Source: Centroscyllium fabricii (taxonomy: Eukaryota). From it: a stretch of 64,000 nucleotides of DNA. A program made the position numbers and the translations under genes. The stretch covers positions 257,548,001 through 257,612,000 of the forward strand of contig JBNRSN020000008.1 in assembly GCA_051313645.2 (NCBI GenBank). The letters run 5' to 3'. Each line of letters starts with the position of its first letter. The first letter of the stretch is position 1. Positions 12,387 through 24,500 of this stretch are shown here, piece after piece. The notes under the pieces were generated by a model. The model ran no database searches, had not been told where the DNA came from, and saw nothing but the letters and a program-made list of their open reading frames with translations.

Positions 12387-15300
12387 ATGGCGGACGCAAG
12401 CATAGCCGCGGTCCGGCTGCCTGAGTTCTGGACAAACCAGCCCGAAGCCTGGTTTGCTCAAGCTGAATCCCGGTTCAGGCTGCACCGGGTCAACAAAGAG
12501 GAAGTGCGATACGACTACCTGGTAACTTCGCTGGGGAGCTCCACGGTGACGGAAGTCTGGGCAGAGCTGCAGAACCCACCTCAACAGGGCAAGTATGTAC
12601 ATCTTAAGGCCGCGCTACTTAAAAGGTTCACCGATTCCCAGTACCAGCGCTGCAGTCAGCTCCTGGCCCTGCAAGGCCTCGGTGATGCTTCACCTTCGCG
12701 CCTCCTCTCCCACATGCTCTCGCTCACGGACGAGAATCCCCCGGGTTCCCTCTTCCGCACGCTTTTCATTAACCAACTCCCTTCCAGCATACGCCCCACC
12801 ATCGTCGCGTCCGAAATCCGGAGCCTAGCAGACCTAGCCAGCCTGGCCGACAGGCTGATGGACGGGCAACGGGGCCATGACACCGCGGATTTGGCGGCCG
12901 CCGCCACGGCGCATCCAGCCGCTCCCACCACGCGGTCGCAAGGACCGGCACCCAGGCCCACACGACCGCCACGTCCCCCAGACCCGCCTAAGCCAGGGTA
13001 CTGCTACTACCACACCCGGTTCGGCACCAGGGCACAACGGTGCGCACAACCTTGCACCTTTAGGACTGCCCTATCACCAGCCCCTACCATGTCTGTCGGA
13101 CAGGCCGGTTGCCTCCTATATGTCACGGATGACAAAACCGGATGCCGTTTTCTCTGCGACACCGGGGCCCAGCATAGCATTGTGCCCGCCTCCGCCCTCG
13201 AAATTAAAGCAGGCACGCGGGGCCCGGCGCTCGCCGCGGCCAACGGTTCCGACATCCCGACGTACGGCAACCGCACGGTACAGCTCCAGCTCGCAGGGCG
13301 CTGTTATACGTGGGAATTTCTCACCGCAAAGATACTCTCGCCAATCATCGGCGCAGACTTCCTTTGCGCTCACGGCCTGTTGGTCGACATGCCCCGGCGC
13401 CGCCTCGTGGACATCAACTCCATGACAACCATTCCGGGCGACACGACCCCAGCCCAGCCCGCCAGCTTGACCATACAGTGCCACGCCCGTCCCACGGACG
13501 CCTACTCGACGCTCCTGGCCGCATTCCCGGCCCTCACCAACCTGACCTTCACCGCTAGGGTAGCCAAACATGGGGTAGAGCATTACATTCCCACCACCGG
13601 CCCACCGGTGCACGCCCACGCCCGCAGGTTAGACCCGGCCAAGTTAGCGGTCGCGCGGAACGAGTTCGCCACTATGGAGCAGCTGGGTATCATCCGCCGC
13701 TCCAACAGCCCGTGGGCCTCACCGCTCCACATTGCCCCTAAACCCGACGGGGGCTGGCGCCCCTGCGGGGATTACCGTCGCCTCAACGACGCTACCACGC
13801 CCGATCGGTACCCAGTGCCGCACATCCAGGACTTTTCGGCTAGACTGGCCAGGTGCTCAGTCTTCTCCAAAGTCGACCTGGTGCGCGGCTACCACCAAGT
13901 CCCCGTCCACGCCGATGACATCCCCAAGACCGCGGTCATCACCCCTTTTGGGCTGTTCGAGTTCTTGCGAATGCCTTTCGGCCTTAAAAACGCCGCGCAG
14001 GCATTCCAACGGCTAATGGACTCGGTCCTACGGGATCTGAAGTTCCTGTTTGTCTATCTTGACGACATCCTAGTAGCCAGTTCCTCCAAACGGGAACACC
14101 TCGAGCACCTCAGGGCCCTGTTCACGCGCCTCAGCGAACACGGCCTCATCCTCAACCCCGCCAAGTGCCAGTTCGGTCTCGAACAGATCGACTTCCTAGG
14201 CCACCGCATAACACAAGCCGGGGCCATTCCCCTGCCCAACAAGGTGCAAGCCGTCCAGCAATTTCCCCGGCCCACCACCGTCCGGGGGCTCCAAGAGTTC
14301 CTCGGGATGGTGAACTTCTACAACCGCTTTATCCCCAAAGCGGCATCCCTCATGAGCCCCCTCTACCAAGCCCTCCGCGGGAAGAGCGGGAAGGATGTGG
14401 TCGAATGGACGGCGCAAACCTCCGCCGCCTTCGACTCCACCAAATCGGCACTCGCCGGCGCCACCATGCTCGCACACCCACGGCCCAACGCCAAGGTGGC
14501 ACTCACTACTGACGCCTCCGACTACGCGGTCGGGGCTGTGTACGAGCAGTGGGTCGACGGCGCCTGGCAGCCCCTCGCCTTCTTCAGCCGCCAGCTGCGC
14601 CCCCCGGAGGTGAAGTACAGCGCCTTCGACCGTGAGCTCCTTGCCTTGTACCTAGCGGTCCGACATTTTCGCTTTCTGCTGGAGGGTCGGGTCTTCACCG
14701 CGTTTGTGGACCACAAACCCCTCACATTCGGGATGGCCAAGCCAACCGAGCCCTGGTCCGCTAGACAACAACGCCAGCTCGCGGCCATATCCGAATTCAC
14801 CACCGACATACGCCACATCGCCGGACGCGACAACGTGGTGGCCGATTGTCTCTCCCGCGCAACCATCAACGCCACTCACCTGGCGGTGGACTATGTCAAA
14901 CTCGCAGCGGACCAGGTCACAGACCCGGACCTGCTCTCCGCGCCCACCACCCTACCCAGCCTGCGCTTGGCCACCGTCGCCTGCGGCCCCGCCGACACTA
15001 ACGTCACGTGCGACATAACCCTGCCGCAACCCCGGCCAGTCGTCCCAGCATCGTGGCGCAAGCACATATTCGAGACGCTCCACAACCTCTCCCACCCCGG
15101 CGCCCGCGCATCAATAAAATTGGTAACCAGTCGCTTTATCTGGCGCGGCCTTAGTAAGGATGTGCGTACTTGGGCCAACTCCTGCGTAGCTTGCCAACGG
15201 GCAAAGGTGCATCAGCACACGAAAGCTCCCCTCGGTCAGATCGAAGTTCCCGCACGACGGTTTGATCACATCCATGTGGATATCGTGGGACCCCTGCCAC

Positions 15301-16190
15301 CGTCACAAGGCAACACCCACTTGCTCACTATCGTGGACCGCACCACTCGATGGCCCGAAGCTATTCCGCTGACTTCCACCACCACTGCGGACATCGCCAG
15401 AGCCTTCATCGCCACATGGGTCGCCCGGTTTGGCGTGCCTTCTGACATCACATCCGACAGAGGGTCACAGTTCACCTCAGCATTATGGTCTGCCGTCGCG
15501 AAGAGCCTGGGGGTGAACTTGCACCACACAACGGCGTACCACCCGCAAGCCAACGGTATGTGTGAACGATTCCACAGATCAATGAAAGCTTCCCTACGGG
15601 CCAGCCTCACAGACAACGCCTGGACTGACCGCCTCCCATGGGTTTTACTTGGTCTCCGATCTGCGGTCAAAGAGGACCTTCATGCATCGGCAGCGGAGTT
15701 GGTCTTCGGACAACCACTGCGTGTACCCGGCGAATTCCTGGCCGCCGCTACGACACCCTGGTCAGCTAACCAGCAGCGCCTCGACTTCACCACGTCGGCG
15801 CAACAGTTTACACCGGTACCCGTGACCAGGCATGGTGAAACGACTGCGCAGATTCCGCCTAGACTACATCAGGCGCAGTTCGTCTTTGTCCGCCACGACG
15901 CACACCGCGGGCCTCTGCAGCTGCCATACGACGGGCCTTACAAGGTGCTTCAAGCGGGGGACAAATTTTTCAAATTGCAGGTGGGCAGCAGGACTGAAAC
16001 TGTGTCAATTGACAGGCTCAAGCCGGCGCACACTGAGCCCGGCGAGGCCACACTAGTTGCCCACCCACCGCCACGTGGTCGACCCGCCGGCCAACCAGCT
16101 CGCCCGACCACAGCTCGCCAGCTGTCTCCAAGCAGGAGCCGATCCGGCCGACTTATCAGACCGCCGCAACGTCTCGTCCATTCCTCCTAG
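12387..16190 (+). CDS. gag-pol: Intact single-ORF Gag-Pol polyprotein, 1267 aa (gag-PR-RT-RNaseH-IN)
   Basis: Uninterrupted ORF: VRLPEFW, CYYHTRFGTRAQRCAQPC, LCDTGA, YLDD, TDASD, HNLSH..C..C, HVDIVGP..SDRG..E, GPY motif. Confidence 0.95.
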   Translation: MADASIAAVRLPEFWTNQPEAWFAQAESRFRLHRVNKEEVRYDYLVTSLGSSTVTEVWAELQNPPQQGKYVHLKAALLKRFTDSQYQRCSQLLALQGLGDASPSRLLSHMLSLTDENPPGSLFRTLFINQLPSSIRPTIVASEIRSLADLASLADRLMDGQRGHDTADLAAAATAHPAAPTTRSQGPAPRPTRPPRPPDPPKPGYCYYHTRFGTRAQRCAQPCTFRTALSPAPTMSVGQAGCLLYVTDDKTGCRFLCDTGAQHSIVPASALEIKAGTRGPALAAANGSDIPTYGNRTVQLQLAGRCYTWEFLTAKILSPIIGADFLCAHGLLVDMPRRRLVDINSMTTIPGDTTPAQPASLTIQCHARPTDAYSTLLAAFPALTNLTFTARVAKHGVEHYIPTTGPPVHAHARRLDPAKLAVARNEFATMEQLGIIRRSNSPWASPLHIAPKPDGGWRPCGDYRRLNDATTPDRYPVPHIQDFSARLARCSVFSKVDLVRGYHQVPVHADDIPKTAVITPFGLFEFLRMPFGLKNAAQAFQRLMDSVLRDLKFLFVYLDDILVASSSKREHLEHLRALFTRLSEHGLILNPAKCQFGLEQIDFLGHRITQAGAIPLPNKVQAVQQFPRPTTVRGLQEFLGMVNFYNRFIPKAASLMSPLYQALRGKSGKDVVEWTAQTSAAFDSTKSALAGATMLAHPRPNAKVALTTDASDYAVGAVYEQWVDGAWQPLAFFSRQLRPPEVKYSAFDRELLALYLAVRHFRFLLEGRVFTAFVDHKPLTFGMAKPTEPWSARQQRQLAAISEFTTDIRHIAGRDNVVADCLSRATINATHLAVDYVKLAADQVTDPDLLSAPTTLPSLRLATVACGPADTNVTCDITLPQPRPVVPASWRKHIFETLHNLSHPGARASIKLVTSRFIWRGLSKDVRTWANSCVACQRAKVHQHTKAPLGQIEVPARRFDHIHVDIVGPLPPSQGNTHLLTIVDRTTRWPEAIPLTSTTTADIARAFIATWVARFGVPSDITSDRGSQFTSALWSAVAKSLGVNLHHTTAYHPQANGMCERFHRSMKASLRASLTDNAWTDRLPWVLLGLRSAVKEDLHASAAELVFGQPLRVPGEFLAAATTPWSANQQRLDFTTSAQQFTPVPVTRHGETTAQIPPRLHQAQFVFVRHDAHRGPLQLPYDGPYKVLQAGDKFFKLQVGSRTETVSIDRLKPAHTEPGEATLVAHPPPRGRPAGQPARPTTARQLSPSRSRSGRLIRPPQRLVHSS

Positions 16191-16210
16191 TCGGATTCTG
16201 GGGGGAGCTA

Positions 16211-16502
16211 TGTGGCGGCTTGCCACGGACTTGTGGTCGAATCGACCGGACTCTTGGACCCTGAAGGCACTGGCCCGAGGCGCGCTACTCTCGCGAGGCC
16301 AGTGCCGACGCAAAAACGCTCCGCGCATGCGCACACGCGCGGACGTGCTTACGTCATTGCCTTGTTACGCAATGACGTAGCCAGCGCTATATTTAGCTGG
16401 AAAAGAGCGCGAAAGCAACCACTCTGTAGTTGAAGTCAATAAAGCTGTTGTGTTCATGTTAACTGCCTCAGGCATTCTTTCGCCCGCCACCAAAACCCAA
16501 CA
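16211..16502 (+). repeat. 3' LTR of CsRn1 copy 2
   Basis: Identical to the 5' LTR. Confidence 0.97.
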
Positions 16503-17845
16503 CCATAGACTAACCACTCCCAGACCATCAAGATGTGTGTGGCCAGCTTCTGCAAGCGGGCCAACAACACTTTCCAACAGCTCTATTGACCGAAGGGTGC
16601 GCCCAGGCTCCATCTGTCTAATCAACATTGACATCTGGATAAACCAACATATAATCGGGAGAAATGTTGACCAAGCTACCGTGGTCCTCTATGGCTTCAA
16701 CAAACAATAGAAGTGTTCAGATTGTCACTCAGTCTCCACACTGCTACCTGAGGCTAGGCCCAGATTAGGAGTCCATTGGCATTCTGTATCCACACTGCTA
16801 CCTGAGGCTAGGCCCAGATTAGGAGACTATTGGCTCTCTGTCTCCACACTGCCACTTTAGCCTAGGCCCAGATTAGGGGAACATTGGCTCTCTGTCTCCA
16901 CACTGCTGACTCAGGCTAGGCCCAGATTAGGAGACTATTGGCTCTCTGTCTCCACACTGCCGACTCAGGCTAGGCCCAGATTAGGAGACTATTGGCTCAC
17001 TGTCTCCACACTGCCGACTCAGGCTTGGCCCAGATTAGGAGACTATTGGCTCTCTGTCTCCACACTGCCGACTCAGGCTAGGCCCAGATTAGGAGACCAT
17101 TGGCTCTCTGTCTCCACACTGCCGACTCAGGCTAGGCCCAGATTAGGAGACCATTGGCTCTCTGTCTCCACACTGCCGACACAGGCTAGGCCCAGATTAG
17201 GAGACCATTGGCTCTCTGTCTCCACACTGCCGACTCAGGCTAGGCCCAGATTAGGAGACCATTGGCTCTCTGTCTCCACACTGCCACTTCATGCTAGGCC
17301 CATATTAGCTGAACATTGACAGTTTGTCTCCACACTGCCTTCTCAGTCTTAGACTTGGATTTGGTGACCATTGATCTCGGTCTCCACACTGCCTGCTCAG
17401 GCTAGGCCCAAATTAGGGGACAATTGAAACTCTGTCTCCATGCTGCCACCTTAGGATAAGTCCAGATTTCGGCACAATTGACACTCTCTATCCACTTTGC
17501 ACCTCACGCTAGGCCCAGGTTTGCGGACCATTGGCACTGTCTCCACACTGCCACCTCAGGCAAGGCTCTTTTTAGGACACCAGTGATACTCTGTCTCCAC
17601 ACTGCCACCCTATTTTAGGCCCAAATTTGGGGACCATTGATGCTCTGTCTCCACATCGCCAGCTTATTCTAGGCCCAGGACTGGGTTCATTTAAACTCTG
17701 CCTACACATTGCCAACTCAGATTTGTCCCAGATTTGAGGACCACTGACACTTTTTCTCCACACTGCCATCTCATGCAAATCCCAGAATTGGGGATCATTG
17801 CACTCTGGCAACACACTGACACTTCAGGATAGGCCCAGCTTCGGG

Positions 17846-18565
17846 GAGAATTTACCCCTTACGAAGTTGATGCACAACCTGGGACATCGAGGGATCTGCC
17901 GGCTATGACTCAGGATGAGGCCAGCTCGGCATCTGTGGGGACCCGCACTCGGAGTTACGATATTCCCCATCCTCCACTGGACAATCAAGACGACACAGAC
18001 TCTATCGGCCGACCGGTACGGCCCATGCGACCCATGTGTCAGGATATTCCCCGTCCTTCTCCGGACGATCAAAATAACACAGACTCTACCGGCCCAACGA
18101 AGCGGCCCTAGCGACCCAGGGACTAAGACACGGTCCGGGGTGACATGCCTTCTAGTCACATGTAGAGAGTAAAACGAATACAGCTGCTTTTGGTCCACTT
18201 GGTCCGCTAAAGAAGGGCTGGCCTCACATACCCAGGGAGGAAGAATGTCGTAAAACATGACTTCCGAAATAACCGAGGAAGAGTTACTGGTCAGACTTCC
18301 GAAATAACCGAGGAAGAGTTACTGGTCGGACTTCCAAAACAACCGAGGAAGAGTTACTGGTCGGACTTCCAAAACAACCGAGGAAGAGTTACTGGTCGGC
18401 CAGCTGAAGGAGTATAAATACTAGGGCCTGAGCCCCAGTTTGGACAGAGACAATCTGGCACCAGGAGGCTAGTGACTGTAAACTAGTTCTCTCTCTTTAT
18501 GCTGTGTTATAAGTTGAATAAAGCCTTTCTTTATGCTCAGCAAGTCTTGTTAAGTCTTTATTACA
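17846..18565 (+). mobile_element. Solo-LTR-like insertion in the satellite
   Basis: Non-satellite block with internal repeats, TATAAATA ~18414, AATAAA ~18517, ending ..TTACA; 5' boundary and TSD unclear. Confidence 0.65.
18259..18398. repeat. 4 x 35-bp tandem repeat in the LTR U3 region
   Basis: gacttcc(g/a)aa(a)..accgaggaagagttactggtc(a/g) units starting at 18259, 18294, 18329, 18364. Confidence 0.95.
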
Positions 18566-21500
18566 TCAGGGTTCATTGACCCTCTGTCTCCACACTGCCA
18601 ACTCAGGCTAGGCCCAGACCAGGTATCCATTGACACTCTGTCTCCACACTGCCACCTCGGTCTAGGCCCAGATTAGAGAACCATTGCAATATGTCTCCAC
18701 ACTGCCTGCTCAGGCTAGGCCCAGAATAGGGGACAATTGAAACTCAGCCTGGACACGGCCACCTAAAACTAGGCCCCGATTAGGGGACCATTGACTCTCT
18801 GTCTCCACAAAGTCACCTCAGCCTAGGCCCAGATTAGCAGGTCCTTGGCCCTCTGTCTCCACACTGCCAACTCGGTTTAGGCCCAGATTAGAGTACCATT
18901 GCAATATGTCTCCACACTGCCTCTTCAGGCTAGGCCCAGATTAGGGGATTATTGGCACTCAGACTGGACATTGCCTGCTCAAGCTAGGCCCAGATTAGTG
19001 GACTATGGACACACTATCTCCGCAGTGCAACATCAATCTCGGCCCAGATGAGGGAATTATTGGCACTCTGTCTCCACACTGCCTACTCAGGATAGGCCCA
19101 GATTAGGAGACCATTCACTCTCTGTCTCCACAGTGCCACCTCAGACTAGGCCCAGGTTAGGGAACCATTGACAGTCTGTCTCTACACTGCCTCTTCAATC
19201 TAGGCCCAGATCAGGGAACCATTGAAACTCTGTCTCCACGCTGCCACCTCAGGAAATGACCAGATTAAACATGATTGACACTTTGTATCCACTTGCCACC
19301 TTAGGCTATGCTCAGTTTTAGGGGACAATTGACACTCTTTCTTCACAATGCCACCTCATGCTAGGCCCAGATTTGGGGAACATTGACACTCTGTCTCCAC
19401 ACTGCAATCTCAAATTAAGCCAAGAATAGGGGACAAATTAAACGCTGTCTCCATGCTGCCAACACAGGATAAGACCAGATTGGGGCACGATTGACAGTCT
19501 GTATCCACTTTCCACCTCAGGCTATGCCCAGATTTGCGGACCATTGGCACTCTGTCTCAACACTGCCATCTCATTCTAGTCCCAGATTAGGGGACCATTG
19601 ACACTCTGTCTTCACATTGCCGACTCAGACTAGTCCCAGATTTGAGGACCATTGACACTGTGTCACGATACTGCCATCTCATGCAAATCTCAGATTTGGC
19701 GATATTTGCACTCTGACAAAACACTGCCACATCATGCTAGGCACAGATTTGTTGACCATTGCAATCCGGCTCCACACTGCCTACTCAGGCTAAACCCAGA
19801 TTAGGGGACCATTGACAGTCTGTCTCTACACTGCCTCTACAATCTAGGCCCAGATTAGGGGACCATTGACCCTCTGTCTCCACACTGCTAACTCAGGCTA
19901 GGCCCAGATTCGGGGACCATTGCCAATCTGTTCACACAATGCCAGCTCAGGCTAGGCCCAGATTAGGGGACAATTGACACTCTGTTCAAACACAGACAGC
20001 TCAGGCTAGGCCCAGATTAGGGGACCATTGACACTCTGTATCCACACGGCCAGATCATTCTATGCACAGATTAGGGACCATTGACACTCTGTCTCCACAC
20101 TGCAACCTCAAGCTTGGCCCAGATTAGGGGACCATTGAAACTCTATCTCCACGCTGCCACCTCAGGAAATGACCAGATTTGGGCAAGATTGACTCTCTGT
20201 ATCCACTTCCCACCTCAGGCTCTGCCCAGTTTTAGGGGACCATTGACAGTCTGCCTCCACGTTGCCACCTCGTGTTAGGCCCAGAACTGGGTCTATTGAA
20301 ACCCTGTCTCCACATTGCAAATTCAGTGTAGTCCCATATTAGGGGACCATTGACACTCTATCTCTACTCTGCCACATCAGGCTAGGCACAGATTTGGAGT
20401 CCATTGACACTCTGAAACCAAACTGCTACATCGAGCTAAACCCAGATTAGGGGACATTTAAAACTCTCTCTCCAATCTGCCAGTTTATGGGAGGCCCAGA
20501 TTAGCAGTCCATTGACTCTCTGTCTCCACTCTGCCACATTATGCTAGTCCCAGGTCAGGAGCTCATTGTCATTCTGTCTCCACACTGCCACCTCGGTCTA
20601 GGCCCAGATTAGGGGACCATTGACAGTCTGTCTCTACAATGCCACCTTGGGCTGGGCATAATTTGGGGACCATTGACTCTCTGTTTTCACACTGCCACAC
20701 CAGGCTAGGCTCATATTAGTGGACAATTGTCACTCCGTCTCCACACTGCCATCTCAGGCTAGCCCAGATTAGGGGGCAATTGACACTGTACAAACATTGC
20801 TATCTCAGGCTAGACCAGATTCGGGGGCAATTGTCACTCAGTCTCCACACTGCCACATCACGTAGGCCCAGATTAGGGGACCATTGACACTCTGTCTCCA
20901 CACTGACACCTCAGGCTAGACCCAGATTCGGGGACCATTGCCACTCTGTTCACACACTGCCAGCTCAGGCTAGGCCCAGATTAGGGCACAATTGACACTC
21001 TGTTCAAACATTGCCATCTCAGGCTAGCCTAGATTAGGGGGCAATTGACACTCTGTTCAAACATTGCTATCTCAGGCTAAACCAGATTCGGGGAACATTG
21101 AAACTCTGTCTCCACACTGCCAGATCAGGCTAGGGCCAGTTTGACGAATCATTGACACTCCATTTCCAAACTGGCACCTCAAGCTTGGCTCTATTAGGAG
21201 ACGATTGACACTTTGTCTCCACATTGCCACCAGAGTCTAGGCACAGATTAGAGAACTATTGACCCTCTGTCTCCACATTACCACCTCTGTCTAGGCCCAG
21301 ATAAGGTGGCTATTAACACTCTGTCTCCACATTTCCTCCTCAAGCTAATGCCCTGAATAGGTGACAATTGACACTCAGTCTGTACACTACCACATCAAAC
21401 TAGGCCCGGATTAGTGAACCATTGACACTCAGTCTGTACACTACCACCTCAAACTAGGCCCAGATTAGGGAACCATTGACACTCTGACTTCACACTGCTA

Positions 21501-24500
21501 CATCAAACTAGGCCCATCGTAGGGGCCCATTAACACTCTGTCTCCAAACTGGCACCTGAGGCTAGGCCCAGATTCAGAGACCAATAACCCTAAGTCTCCA
21601 AACTACCACCTGAGGCTAGGCCCAGATAAGTGAACCATTGAAACGCTGTCTCCACGCTGCCACCTCAGGAAATGACCAGCTTTGGGCACAATTGACACTC
21701 TGTATCCACTTTCCACCTCAGGCTGTGCCCAGTTTTAGGGGGCCATTGGCACTCTGTCTCAACACTGCCACCTCATTGTAGGCCCCGATTTGGGGACCAT
21801 TGACTCTCTGTCTCCACATTTCCACCTCGTGGTAGACCAAGAACTGGGTCCATTGAAACTCTGTCTCCACATTGCCAACTCAGTGTAGTCCCAGATTTCA
21901 GGACCATATCCAATCTGTCTCCACGCTGCCAAATCAACTAGGCACAGATTCAGGGACCGTTGACACTCTGATTCCAAACTGCTACAATCAAGCTAGGCCC
22001 AGATTAGGGGACCAATAAAACTCTGTCTCCACTCTGCCACATTATGCCAGACCCAGATTAGCAGCCCATTGACACTCTGTCTCCACACTGCCAGTTCTGT
22101 CTAGTCACAGATTAGAGAACAATTGCAATCTGTCTTCACACTGCCTCCTCAGACTAGGCCCACATTAGGAGACCATTGATACTCTGTATCGACACTGCCA
22201 CCTCAGGCTAGGCCCAGATTAGGGGGCTATTAACACCCTCTCTGCACATTGATTCCTCAGGCTAGGCCCAGATTAGGGGACCATTGACACTCCATCTCCA
22301 AACTGTCACCAAAAGGCGTGGCCCTATTAGTTGAACATTGACACTCTTTCTCCACAATGCCACCTCAGGCTAGGCCCTGATTAGCGGACAATTGACACTT
22401 GGCCATGACATTGCCTCCTCAAGCTAATGCCCAGATTAGCTGACAATTGACACTCAGTCTGTACACTACCACCTCAAACTAGGCCCAGATTAGGGGACCA
22501 TTGAAACTCTGACTTCACACTGCCACATCAAAATAGGCCCAGAGTAGGAGACCATTGACACTCTAACTTCACACTGCCACATCAAACTAGGCCCAGATTA
22601 GGATTCCGTTGAAACTCTGACTTCACACTGCCACAACAAGCTCTGCCCATTTTAGGGGCCCATTAACACTCTGTCTCCAAACTGCCAACTAGGCTAGGCC
22701 CAGTATCGGAGACCATTGACACTCTGTCTCCAAACTGCCAACTAGGCTAGGCAAAGATTAAGGGAAAATTGACACTCTGTCTCCACAAAGTCACCTCCTT
22801 CTATGCCCAGATTTGGGGACCATTGACACTCTGTCTCCACATTGACAACTCATGGTAGGCCCAGAACTGGGTCCATTGAAACACTGTCCCAACATTGCCA
22901 ACTCAGACTAGTCCCAGATTTGAAACCCATGGACACTGTGTCACGACACTGCCATCTCATGCAAATCTCAGTTTTAGCCATCTTTGCACTCTGGCAAAAT
23001 ACTGCCACCTCATGCTAGGCACGGATTTGTTGACCATTGCACTCCGGCTGCACACTGCCTACTCAGGCTAGGCCCAGATCAGGGGACCATTGAAAGTCTG
23101 TCTCTACACTGCATCTTCAATCTAGGCCCAGATTAGGGGACCATTGACAGTCTGTCTCCAAACTGCCACCTCAGGCTAGGCATGGATTAGGGGACCTTTG
23201 ACACTCTATATTCACACTGCCACCTCAGGCTAGGCTCATATTAGTGGACAATCGTCACTCGGTCTCCACACTGCCACATCACCTAGGCCCAGATTAGGGG
23301 ACCATTGACTCTCTGTCCTCACACTGCCAGCTCAGTCTAGGCCCAGATTCGGGGACCATTGCCACTCTGTTCACACACAGCCAGCTCAGGCTAGGTCCAG
23401 ATTAGGGGACAATTGACATTCTGTTCAAACACTGCCAGCTCAGGCCAAGCCCAGATTAGGGGACAATTGCCACTCTATTCAAACACTGCCAGATAAAGCT
23501 AGGCCCAGATTAGGGGACAATTGACATTCTGTTCAAACAGTGCCAGCTCAGACTAGGCCCAGATTCGGGGACAATTGACACTCTGTTCATCAGTGCCAGC
23601 TCAGACTAGGCCCAGATTCGGAGACAATTGACACTCTGTTCAAACACTGCCAGCTCAGGCTAGGCCCAGATTAGGGGACAATTGACATTCTGTTCAAATA
23701 GTGCCAGCTCAGACTAGGCCCAGATTAGGGGACAATTGACATTCTGTTCAAACACTGCCAGCTCAGGCTAGGCCCAGATATGGGTACAATTGACTCTCTG
23801 TATCCATACTGCTATCTCAGGCTAGACCCAGGTTAGAGGACAATTGACCCTCTGTCTCCACACTGCAACCTCAAGCTAGGGTCGGATTAGGGGATCTTTG
23901 AAACTCTGTCTCCATGCTGCCACATCAGGAAATGACCAGAATTGGCACGATTGACTCTCTGTACCACTGTCCACCTCAGGCTGTTCCCGAGTTTAGGGGA
24001 CGATTGACATTCTGCCTCCACAATGCCACCACATTCTAGGCCCAGATCTGGGGACCATTGACTCTCTGTCTGCACATCGCCAACTCACTGTAGTCCCAGG
24101 TTTGAGTACCATTGACACACTGTCTAGACGTTGCCACATCAACTAGGCCCATATTAGGGAACCATTGACAGTCTGTCTCCACACTACAACATCAGGCTAG
24201 GCCCAGATTCGGGGACCATTGACACTCAGACACCAATCAGCTACTGCAAGCTAGGCTCAGATTAGGGGACATTTACAACTCTGTCTCTACTCTGCCACCT
24301 TATGCCATGCCCAGATTAGCAGACCTTTAACACTCTGTCTCCACTCTGCCACTTCATGCAAGGCCCAGATAAGGAGACAGTTAACACTCTGCCTCCACAC
24401 TGCCACCTCGGCCTAGGCCCAGATTAGAGAACCAATGCCTGCACAGGCTAGGCCCAGATTAGGGAACAATTGACTCGCAGACTGACCATTGCCTGCTCAA

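Larger units (their letters stand above)
12055..16502 (+). mobile_element. Intact Gypsy LTR retrotransposon, CsRn1 clade (copy 2, different family)
   Basis: Identical 292-bp LTRs, TSD CCAT, PBS TGGTGACCTCGACG 12348-12361, PPT ~16197-16208. Confidence 0.97.

Noticed and set aside
6200-16100. Many overlapping or antisense ORFs within the Gypsy elements
   Set aside because: Expected by-product of GC-rich coding sequence with few off-frame stops; no recognisable domains, no env-like ORF
16507-16710. ORF tail next to the LTR as a viral or host gene fragment
   Set aside because: The start lies in the LTR and no motif could be recognised
18259-18398. 35-bp repeats as a CRISPR array
   Set aside because: Head-to-tail with no spacers, eukaryotic LTR context, no cas genes
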